Assembly (NCBI RefSeq): GCF_020969955.1
Contig: NZ_JAHDSX010000019.1
Location: 1-32,000 of the forward strand
Direction of reading: 5' to 3'
Source: Allobaculum fili
GTDB lineage: Bacteria > Bacillota_I > Bacilli_A > Erysipelotrichales > Erysipelotrichaceae
DNA: 32,000 bases
Shown here: positions 24,892 through 32,000 of the stretch, one piece after another
Layout: each line of letters starts with the position of its first letter
How positions within the stretch are numbered: the first letter of the stretch is position 1
The notes under the pieces: model-generated
What the model saw: only the letters and a program-made list of their open reading frames with translations
The model's database searches: none
Told to the model about the DNA's origin: nothing
Made by a program: the position numbers and the translations under genes

Positions 24892-26010
24892 ATGCCAGAA
24901 CTGAATCAGAGAGCGAATATTAAAGTCATTGGCGTTGGCGGCGGCGGAAGCAATGCGGTCAATCGCATGGTTATGGACGGACTGCAGGGCGTAGATTTCT
25001 ACATCGCCAACACGGACGTTCAGGTTATGAAAAGTTCCCCGGTAGAAAAGAAAATCGTACTGGGCAACGATTCGACCAAGGGACTTGGTGCCGGAGGCAA
25101 CCCGGAAGTCGGCCGTAAAGCTGCAGAAGAAACTGAATCCGAAATCCGCGAAGCCATTAAGGGCGCGGACATGGTTTTCATTACCGCTGGAATGGGCGGC
25201 GGAACCGGAACCGGTGCTGCACCGCTCGTAGCCAAGCTGGCGAAAGAAGAAGGCGCGCTGACGATCGCGGTCGTTACCCGTCCGTTTACATTTGAAGGCA
25301 AACGCCGTTCCAACAATGCGGAACAGGGCATTGAGGAACTGAAAAAATATGTCGATTCCCTGATCGTTGTTTCCAACGACAATCTGCTTGAAGTCATCGG
25401 CCGCAAGCCGATCGAAGAAGCCTTCCAGGCTGCAGACAACGTACTTCGTCAGGGCGTTCAGACCATTTCGGATCTGATTGCGGTACCTGCCCTCGTGAAC
25501 CTTGACTTTGCGGACGTTCGTTCCGTAATGGCCAACCAGGGTCGTGCTCTGATCGGTATTGGTATGGCAGACGGCGAAGACAAAGCGCTCAACGCTGCAG
25601 AAAAAGCCATCCAGTCCCCGCTGCTCGAATCGGATATTACCGGCGCAAAATCGGCGATCATCAACATCACCGGCGGCGACAAGGTTTCCCTGTATGATGC
25701 ACAGAACGCGGTTGCGGTGATTCAGGATGCAGCCGGCGGCGACATCGACACCATTTTCGGTATCGCTATTAACGAACAGCTCGGCGACGCGATCATCGTT
25801 ACCGTTATTGCAACGGGCTTTGAAGACGACGACGCACCGGCAGCGCGCAAGGCCGCAGTAAAGGGCGGAACCAAAAAGGCAGAACCTGCCGCTAAGGTTT
25901 CTTCCCTGTACACACAGCCGCAGGTAACGGCTGGCCGTGCTTCGGTAAGCGCGGAAGTCAAAGCGTCCGAGGATGAAAACATCCCGGATTTCTTCTTCCA
26001 GAATCGCTAA
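24892..26010 (+). CDS. ftsZ: Cell division GTPase FtsZ
   Basis: [17 protein letters not shown], the tubulin signature [15 protein letters not shown], and the C-terminal conserved peptide [17 protein letters not shown]. Confidence 0.97.
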   Translation: MPELNQRANIKVIGVGGGGSNAVNRMVMDGLQGVDFYIANTDVQVMKSSPVEKKIVLGNDSTKGLGAGGNPEVGRKAAEETESEIREAIKGADMVFITAGMGGGTGTGAAPLVAKLAKEEGALTIAVVTRPFTFEGKRRSNNAEQGIEELKKYVDSLIVVSNDNLLEVIGRKPIEEAFQAADNVLRQGVQTISDLIAVPALVNLDFADVRSVMANQGRALIGIGMADGEDKALNAAEKAIQSPLLESDITGAKSAIINITGGDKVSLYDAQNAVAVIQDAAGGDIDTIFGIAINEQLGDAIIVTVIATGFEDDDAPAARKAAVKGGTKKAEPAAKVSSLYTQPQVTAGRASVSAEVKASEDENIPDFFFQNR

Positions 26011-26054
26011 TTCCATAAAAGATTTGGAAACGATTTAATTTTGAAAATTACAGA

Positions 26055-26086
26055 GCGAAAGGACCGAACAATCCTTTCGCTTTTTT
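26055..26086 (+). terminator. Rho-independent terminator of ftsZ
   Basis: gcgaaagga-ccgaacaa-tcctttcgc followed by TTTTTT. Confidence 0.8.
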
Positions 26087-26306
26087 GATGGAAAATGGGC
26101 ATGCAGCCAGACAGCCGGACGAAAAAATTATGTTCAATTTTGTGAAATCCAAACCCCTCAATCTCGGTCCAGAAAGAGAGCTTTGAACGAAAAAGCAGAT
26201 AAATTAACAACAAAGTGTTTTAATAAAGAGTATAGACGAGCTATCTGTTCCACTTTCTGACAATGGATCGGAAAATGGACAGAAAAAGGGCGGATTCTTG
26301 CCTTTG

Positions 26307-26335
26307 TTGCATTTGGTGCCGCCTCTCTTTATGAT
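26307..26335 (+). promoter_or_regulatory. Candidate promoter of the LCP gene
   Basis: TTGCAT (26307-26312), 17 nt, TATGAT (26330-26335). It lies about 27 nt upstream of ATG 26362. Confidence 0.4.
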
Positions 26336-26361
26336 GAGTTCGAAAATTCTGGAGGTTTACT

Positions 26362-28353
26362 ATGTCTTCACCACGACAATCAAGGCCGGAGAATCGGCGT
26401 ACTTACCGTAATTCCGCACCGAAAAGCACCAGAAGATCGAACCCCCAGGGCCGGCGTTCTTCTGGAGCAGAAGACTGGTACGATGACGATTACGAGTACG
26501 TAAACGTCTCTTCGAAAGCCAGCCGCCGCAAGGCACCGACTGTTCCCAGTTCCGTCCGGAAAAAGAAAAAACGCAATCGCCGTCCCGGCATTCTGGCCTG
26601 GCTGATCAGCCTGGCTGCCTTATGTGCCGGCGGCTATTTCATTTTTGAGCTCTTCCGTCTCGACATTTTGCCGCTGATGTATCTCTTCATTTTCGTGGCC
26701 GTTCTCAGTCTGCTTCTTCTGCTTTTTGTGTGGATCTGGCTGGGCAAGACACGGCGGCCGGTATCCAGGACGATCATGGCTATTCTTGTGATCGTACTTG
26801 GCGTCGGCTGCGGCGTGGGTGGCGTCTATGCGCGGGCGACCGAAGATATGTTTACGGAAATTTCCTCGCTGACGGATCGCAAAGCCAACGTCATTTCCTT
26901 TTATACGCTCAAAGGCAACCATATTACGGAACCCGATCAGCTTAAGGACGGTACGGTAGGCTATGTAGACGGTCTCGATTCCCATACGCAGGACGCGTTA
27001 GAAAGCCTGCGCAAACAGGGCGCTTCCTTTACCCCCGTGCAGTACGATTCGATCTACTCGCTGGTCGACGCGCTCTTCGATCATGAAGTGACCACGATCG
27101 CCTTCCCGGAAAACAATCATGAAGAGCTGTACGAGGCCGCTAATGACGAAAACCAGTACAGCGCGCTGAATACGTTTGCCAACATCACGGACGAATACAT
27201 TTACTATACCGATCGCGACGCGTCGTCTATCACGCCGTCCGATCCGGTTGCCAACATCATGAGTGATCCCTTTACGGTCCTGATTTCCGGAAACGACAGT
27301 TACGGAACGATCGATACGGTTTCCCGTTCGGATGTAAACATGTTAGTGACGGTGAATCCGCGAACCGCACAGATTTTGATGATCTCCATTCCGCGTGACA
27401 CGTATGTGACGGTATCCTGCGAAAAGAATTCCCGTGCCTGCGAAGCGGTGGACGGCTCGACCGATAAGCTGACCCATACCGGCATTTACGGCGTGGGCAC
27501 GACGGAAAGCACGATTGAAGATTTCCTGGGCGTGCCGATCAATTACTATGTACGTGTGAACTTCTCGTCGCTGATCAATCTGATCGATGCGGTCGGCGGC
27601 GTGGATATTGATGTACCGGAAGGACAGGAAGTGGAACGCTTTTACGCCAACGGAGAAGAAGGCGTGCATGCGGGCGTCAATCATCTCGACGGCGACCGTG
27701 CGCTTGCCTTTGCCCGGGAACGTCATGCGTATGTCGACGGCGACAACCAGCGTGTCAAAAATCAGGCGATGGTCATGAAGGCGCTGATTCGCAAATGCAT
27801 GTCTCCATCGATGTTCATCAACTACCCGAAGGTGGCCAAAGCAGTATCGACGGCGATCGATACGAACATGAGCGCCCGGGAGTTGAAATCCCTCGTGACG
27901 CTGGAAATTGCCAGACGTCCGGACTGGAACATTCAGAACTATGCCATTGCGGGCGAATCGTCTTTTGAATACTGCGCGACGCTCAATACGACGGCGAGCG
28001 CTTCCATCGCCGTTCCGTCCATGGTGGAATACGCGAAATCGCTTATCGCGGATGTGCGTGCAGGCGAAACGATCGAAATTTCTCCCGAAGCCATTACCCC
28101 GTCGGTCGATCTCACACAGGATCAGACCCAGACGGAACAGGATAATGCCTACAACGAACCGCTCGTTACCGATCCGTACGGCTATGGTCAGGATTATGTC
28201 GATCCTGGCTACGATCCGTATCAGCAGCCGGCGCAGGATTACGGCTATACCGATCCGAATGTGCAGTACGATGCCTGGGGCAATCCCATCGATCCTTCGG
28301 CGAGTCCGTTCATCGGCTATGACGAATGGGGCAATCCGATCTACGGCGGATAG
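26362..28353 (+). CDS. LytR-CpsA-Psr (LCP) family cell-wall polymer ligase with extended N- and C-terminal regions
   Basis: LCP core FTVLISGNDSYG...SRSDVNMLVTVNPRTAQILMISIPRDTYV...DKLTHTGIYG...LDGDRALAFARERH. A basic N-terminal tail is followed by about three TM helices. The C-terminal tail is rich in Y, D, P and Q. GGAGG RBS. Confidence 0.9.
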   Translation: MSSPRQSRPENRRTYRNSAPKSTRRSNPQGRRSSGAEDWYDDDYEYVNVSSKASRRKAPTVPSSVRKKKKRNRRPGILAWLISLAALCAGGYFIFELFRLDILPLMYLFIFVAVLSLLLLLFVWIWLGKTRRPVSRTIMAILVIVLGVGCGVGGVYARATEDMFTEISSLTDRKANVISFYTLKGNHITEPDQLKDGTVGYVDGLDSHTQDALESLRKQGASFTPVQYDSIYSLVDALFDHEVTTIAFPENNHEELYEAANDENQYSALNTFANITDEYIYYTDRDASSITPSDPVANIMSDPFTVLISGNDSYGTIDTVSRSDVNMLVTVNPRTAQILMISIPRDTYVTVSCEKNSRACEAVDGSTDKLTHTGIYGVGTTESTIEDFLGVPINYYVRVNFSSLINLIDAVGGVDIDVPEGQEVERFYANGEEGVHAGVNHLDGDRALAFARERHAYVDGDNQRVKNQAMVMKALIRKCMSPSMFINYPKVAKAVSTAIDTNMSARELKSLVTLEIARRPDWNIQNYAIAGESSFEYCATLNTTASASIAVPSMVEYAKSLIADVRAGETIEISPEAITPSVDLTQDQTQTEQDNAYNEPLVTDPYGYGQDYVDPGYDPYQQPAQDYGYTDPNVQYDAWGNPIDPSASPFIGYDEWGNPIYGG

Positions 28354-28380
28354 CCAAACCTTTCCTTTGAATTTTGTTCA

Positions 28381-28414
28381 GGCGAAAAGCAAATCGAAGC
28401 TTTTCGCCTTTTGT
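28381..28414 (+). terminator. Rho-independent terminator of the LCP gene
   Basis: ggcgaaaagc-aaatcgaa-gcttttcgcc followed by ttttgt. Confidence 0.75.
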
Positions 28415-28556
28415 CTGAACCGGCAAAACGGTTCGCCTGGACGTGAGGCCCTTCTGCCTTTCCGCGCTCCTGCCGCTCTGTTTCCGCAGGACTGGAAACA
28501 GGGGAAAAAAGAGGAAATGAGCAGGGAAGGACTGAACCCGATATAATGAGGATGTT

Positions 28557-28673
28557 ATGAAATTGGATATTACATCGCGCACAGCTGCTGCGAAGCTCAA
28601 ATATTTCTGCTGGATCCTGCTGTTCTTTCTGCTGAGTCTGCTGGTCGGGATCTTCATGTTCAAATCCAGATAG
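28557..28673 (+). CDS. Candidate 38-aa small membrane protein (not in the supplied ORF track)
   Basis: Hand translation: MKLDITSRTAAAKLKYFCWILLFFLLSLLVGIFMFKSR. GAGGA RBS 6 nt upstream. One clear TM helix flanked by basic residues. Its stop lies 11 nt before the ATG of the next gene, whose RBS (GGGAGG) follows the stop directly. Confidence 0.45.
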   Translation: MKLDITSRTAAAKLKYFCWILLFFLLSLLVGIFMFKSR

Positions 28674-28684
28674 CGGGAGGTTTC

Positions 28685-29848
28685 ATGAAGACAAACAAGA
28701 CCGCGCTGATCTGCATCAGCGACACGTACCTGCCAAGAGCCAGACTTCTCGCCAGACAGTATCAGAAGCATGGCGAAGAGACCGTTATTCTTACGCCGGA
28801 TTTTTCGCACAAAACCAAGGCGCCCTTCTCGTCAGATGAAGAAGGCATCGTCAGGCTTCGCCATCGGCCCTACCAGAAAAACCTGTCGTGGCAAAGACTG
28901 CTGGGACATATGGAATTTGCCAGACGTGCCAAAACGTGGCTGGAAGACTGGAAGCCGGATCGCATCCATTGTCTGATTCCGGCCAATTCGCTGGCGATGG
29001 AAATTGGACGCTACAAGCGAAAGCATCCGGACGTCTGCCTGATTTTTGATATCAACGATCTGTGGCCTGAATCGCTGCCGGTCGGCTCCTGGTTTGGCAA
29101 AACGCCGCCGGCCTGGATCTGGAAGCATATGCGAAACGGCTATTTAAAAGACGCGGATCTTCTGGCCAGCGAATGCGCTCTGTTTCAGAAAAAAATTCAG
29201 GAGCAGACCGGTCTGCCCGCGCAGGTGATGTACTGGTCGGCCGGAACGGAAGAAACTTTTACAGCGCATTCTGCTTTTGAAGATACGGAGCATCTGAATC
29301 TCTGCTATCTGGGGTTTGTCAACAACATCATTGACCTCGATACGATGGAAACTCTGTTTCAGGCGCTTCATGCACGTACGGCGGTTCGCCTGCATCTGAT
29401 TGCGCAGGGACAGCGCCGCGACGAAATGGTCGAGCGGCTTTCCCCGTACTGTGAAATCATCGATTACGGAGCCGTCTATGATCCAGAGCAGAAACAGTCG
29501 ATTTTTGATGCCTGCGCGTTTGGCATCAACATTATGAAACCGGACGTACAGGCCGGCCTTTCCATGAAGACGCTCGATTATTTACAGGGCGGGCTTCCGG
29601 TCATTAACAGTCTGGAAGGCGATGTGCACGACTGGATCGAAGAGTACAGATGCGGGATCAACATCGACCGCAGCCGTCTCGAACAGACCGCAAAGGAAAT
29701 TGCGGAGGCCGCTCAAAATCAGTTAGAGGCCATGCGAAAGGCGGCCCGTCAGGTTTTTGAAACGGATCTGTCTCTGTCGGCGTTTGAAAAAAGCTTTGAA
29801 ATCCTGTGGCAAAGCGAGCAGAATCTCACAAAACACAGCAGGAAATGA
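28685..29848 (+). CDS. GT-B fold glycosyltransferase (GT4/WcaI-WbuB-like)
   Basis: 387-aa ORF with a GGGAGG RBS. The N-terminus ALICISDTYLPRA... fits GT-B. The C-terminal half carries the donor-binding pattern ...FGINIMKPDVQAGLSMKTLDYLQGGLPVINSLEGDV. Confidence 0.8.
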   Translation: MKTNKTALICISDTYLPRARLLARQYQKHGEETVILTPDFSHKTKAPFSSDEEGIVRLRHRPYQKNLSWQRLLGHMEFARRAKTWLEDWKPDRIHCLIPANSLAMEIGRYKRKHPDVCLIFDINDLWPESLPVGSWFGKTPPAWIWKHMRNGYLKDADLLASECALFQKKIQEQTGLPAQVMYWSAGTEETFTAHSAFEDTEHLNLCYLGFVNNIIDLDTMETLFQALHARTAVRLHLIAQGQRRDEMVERLSPYCEIIDYGAVYDPEQKQSIFDACAFGINIMKPDVQAGLSMKTLDYLQGGLPVINSLEGDVHDWIEEYRCGINIDRSRLEQTAKEIAEAAQNQLEAMRKAARQVFETDLSLSAFEKSFEILWQSEQNLTKHSRK

Positions 29849-30082
29849 ATTCAGAATGGCCCATTGGAATAAAGCCGGGCGTTTGTAAGCGGAGTATGCG
29901 CGCAGGCGGGCGGCTTTTTTTGCGATCTGTCGCGCAAAAGATCACAATACGGAATATGGATCATTCTGCCCGTCTGGATGTATAAACCTTTCGGCAGGCT
30001 GTACTTGCGGGATAAAATCGCGGCGTGACTGCATGAGACATACGCAGACGGTTTCTGTAGCAGGCAGAAATGGATTTTCCAT

Positions 30083-30091
30083 CCCCCCCCC
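30083..30091. repeat. C9 homopolymer tract in the intergenic region upstream of the GT2 gene
   Basis: Read directly (ccatCCCCCCCCCagaaaa). It is the longest G/C homopolymer I saw in the window, 133 nt upstream of ATG 30224. Confidence 0.95.
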
Positions 30092-30223
30092 AGAAAAATT
30101 CAAAGTGTGGCCCGCGGCTATGCATCGAATTTTTCAAAGGAAAATCCGCAGTCGATCTTCTTTTCATTTTGTTTTATCCTTTGCGGCGCAGACTGGCGCT
30201 GCAGTCTGGTACAAGGAGGCTTC

Positions 30224-31363
30224 ATGAACCCATCGAATCCCATTCGCCTGTCTCTGGCGATGACCACATATAACGCAGAAGTGTATCTGATCGAACAGCT
30301 CGAGTCGATCCGTCTGCAGACGATGCCTTTTGATGAAGTCGTCATCGTTGATGATGCTTCCAGAGATCACACCGTCGAAAAAATCCGCGAATATATCGCC
30401 ACATACCATCTCGCCGGCCGCTGGTTTCTGCACGTCCATACCGAGAACACCGGCTTTGTCCGCGCCTTTCGTGATGCGCTGAGCCGCACGCGGGGCGAAT
30501 ATATTTTTCTGAGCGATCACGATGACATCTGGAAACCAGAAAAAGTCGAACACATGATGAAGATGTTTGATAAGCATGTGGAACTGCTGGCGCTCGCTTC
30601 TTCCTTTTCGCTGATTGATGCCCAGGACCGTCCAATCGAAGGCAAGTCGAGCAGCCGGCGAAGCAACCATAATCTCATTCGCCGTCCGCTGCCGCGCGGC
30701 CAGTTTTCGTGGCTGACCTTTGAAGATCTGATGGGCTACAACGTCTCGCCAGGATGTACGCTCGCGCTGACCAGGCGGCTGAAGGATGAGTACCTGTCTA
30801 CGCCGGTCGATATGAATCTGCCCCATGACTGGGCGATCTGCGCGATCGCAGCCATTCAGAACGGTCTGGGCTATCTCGACGAGGAACTGATGGGCTATCG
30901 CCAGTACCCCGGCAACACGCTCGGTCTCACTCGCCGCAGCGACTACGAAAGCCGTCTGCATGCTTCGTGGCAGGACTATCTCCAGAAAGAAGCGCTCCTC
31001 TCGCTGACGCTTCAGTTTCAGGCCGAGCTGCAGATGATCGAAAAGATGGAAGAAGTCCGCTCGTTTTACGCGCAGAGAGCCCAGGCGCTCAGCCACCGCT
31101 CCCTGTTTGAACTCAGCTCGCTTCTGCTTTCCCATCAGGGCAGCGGATTCCGCCTGACGCTTGGCATGGACATCAAATCCATTCTTTCTTCTTCCTCTTC
31201 TTCCGCTACTGCGCAGCAGGAAGCCAGAGCGTTCAATCCGATCGATCCATCCTCCAGAAAAGAAGAAAAAGAAGCAGAAACCGATCCGAAAGGAAACCGC
31301 CCGCAAAATGAAACGGATCGGAAAAAGGCAGCCCGAAAAGCGGACGGAAAGGCGGACGCATGA
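30224..31363 (+). CDS. Family 2 glycosyltransferase (GT-A fold) with low-complexity charged C-terminal tail
   Basis: AAGGAGG RBS plus ATG 30224. LSLAMTTYNAEVYLIEQLESI..., DxD-type VVIVDDASRDHT, and LSDHDDIWKPEKV typical of WbbL/rhamnosyl-type GT2. The track start at 30107 is a GTG without an RBS. Confidence 0.9.
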   Translation: MNPSNPIRLSLAMTTYNAEVYLIEQLESIRLQTMPFDEVVIVDDASRDHTVEKIREYIATYHLAGRWFLHVHTENTGFVRAFRDALSRTRGEYIFLSDHDDIWKPEKVEHMMKMFDKHVELLALASSFSLIDAQDRPIEGKSSSRRSNHNLIRRPLPRGQFSWLTFEDLMGYNVSPGCTLALTRRLKDEYLSTPVDMNLPHDWAICAIAAIQNGLGYLDEELMGYRQYPGNTLGLTRRSDYESRLHASWQDYLQKEALLSLTLQFQAELQMIEKMEEVRSFYAQRAQALSHRSLFELSSLLLSHQGSGFRLTLGMDIKSILSSSSSSATAQQEARAFNPIDPSSRKEEKEAETDPKGNRPQNETDRKKAARKADGKADA

Positions 31364-32000
31364 GTTCGAGACTGTCCATTTCGGTCGTTCTGGCTACCTA
31401 TAAAGGCGCACCCTGGCTGAACGCGCAGCTCGATTCCATTGCCGATCAGCTATGGGTCGGCGATGAGCTGATCATCAGCTGCGATGGCGGTTTAAGCGAA
31501 GATCTTGAAATCGCGGAACGCTTTGCCAAAGCCCATCCGGATTTGCGGATCCGTATTTTAAGCGGCCCGGGTCTTGGCGTCGTGCGCAACTTTGAATTTG
31601 CGCTCAGTCAGGCAAGACGGGAAATTATCGTGTTCTGCGATCAGGATGATGTCTGGAAACCGGGCAAGCTCGACTTATACCGTCACGGCTTTCGCGAAGA
31701 GAACGTCATGGCGATGCTTCACGATGCCTCGATATGCGATGCTGATCTTCACGTGATTGAACCTTCCTTTTATCAAAGCCACGGCTCGAAGGAAGGATTC
31801 TGGAACAATCTGCTTCGCAATTCGATGATCGGCTGCTGCATGGCAGTGCGAAAGGAAGTCGTGGACGCAAGCCTTCCCTTTGGAAAGATTCCCATGCACG
31901 ATCAGTTTCTGGGCCTGCAGGCCTATCGCATGGGCAAGGTGGTTTTCAGCCCGAAAAACTGTCTGGACTATCGACGGCATGGAAACAACGCGTCTTCGCT
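31360..32000 (+). CDS. Family 2 glycosyltransferase, 3'-partial (runs off the window)
   Basis: Not in the ORF track because no stop falls within the window. ATG 31360 overlaps the upstream stop (ATGA). Hand translation: MSSRLSISVVLATYKGAPWLNAQLDSIADQ...ELIISCDGG...FCDQDDVWKPGKL... Confidence 0.85.
   Translation, partial: MSSRLSISVVLATYKGAPWLNAQLDSIADQLWVGDELIISCDGGLSEDLEIAERFAKAHPDLRIRILSGPGLGVVRNFEFALSQARREIIVFCDQDDVWKPGKLDLYRHGFREENVMAMLHDASICDADLHVIEPSFYQSHGSKEGFWNNLLRNSMIGCCMAVRKEVVDASLPFGKIPMHDQFLGLQAYRMGKVVFSPKNCLDYRRHGNNASS

Noticed and set aside
23502-26016. 390-aa and 455-aa minus-strand ORFs opposite ftsA and ftsZ
   Set aside because: Both are antisense shadows of two unmistakable genes. 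Their composition is not protein-like and they have no translation signals.
30083-30091. C9 tract as a pure sequencing artefact
   Set aside because: I cannot exclude this from sequence alone. I kept it as a finding because the tract is intergenic, so no frame check is possible, and because its phase relationship to the GT2 frame is specific. Read-level data are needed.
30164-31306. 380-aa minus-strand ORF opposite the GT2 gene. The same applies to 3489-4523 (opposite the TPR gene), 7034-7885 (opposite the FemAB gene), 5151-5840 and 21891-22562.
   Set aside because: All are antisense to genes with clear family motifs and RBSs. None has its own RBS, promoter or terminator.

Overview
Chromosomal segment of a Gram-positive (Bacillota-type) bacterium. 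Coding GC is moderate, low-to-mid 50s % by eye. Genes have strong GGAGG-type ribosome binding sites and many clean Rho-independent terminators. I saw no rRNA, no CRISPR array and no intact mobile element. Gene order: a lipoprotein gene; a decay scar (zinc-ribbon pseudogene abutting a 5'-truncated IS30-family transposase remnant); an orphan 308-aa protein of unknown function; a TPR protein; a membrane-anchored class-A beta-lactamase-fold hydrolase; a FemAB-family transferase; a tRNA-Val/Tyr/Gly cluster; a membrane protein; two overlapping minimal K+ channel genes; a flavodiiron protein (FprA); a small HTH protein; a split chromate-transporter pair; an Ig-like lipoprotein; a sulfur cluster (frameshifted PatB/MalY-type C-S lyase pseudogene, YhaM/CyuA-like cysteine desulfidase, CoA-disulfide reductase with rhodanese domain); a membrane protein with a C39-like domain lacking its catalytic Cys; a GDPD phosphodiesterase; ftsA-ftsZ; and an envelope-polymer locus (LCP ligase, an unlisted 38-aa membrane ORF, one GT-B and two GT2 glycosyltransferases, the last running off the window). 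I found no recognisable defence or mobile system. The most unusual items are: (1) the translationally coupled K+ channel pair with GLGD/GFGD filters and charge-complementary tails, a predicted heteromeric channel; (2) the orphan 308-aa two-domain protein beside the IS scar; (3) a C9 homopolymer upstream of the first GT2 gene, placed so that a 1-nt slip fuses an upstream ATG to the GT2 frame; (4) two genes with a -10 box 6-8 nt from the ATG and no RBS, candidate leaderless mRNAs. All family assignments come from reading motifs by eye and need profile searches to confirm.
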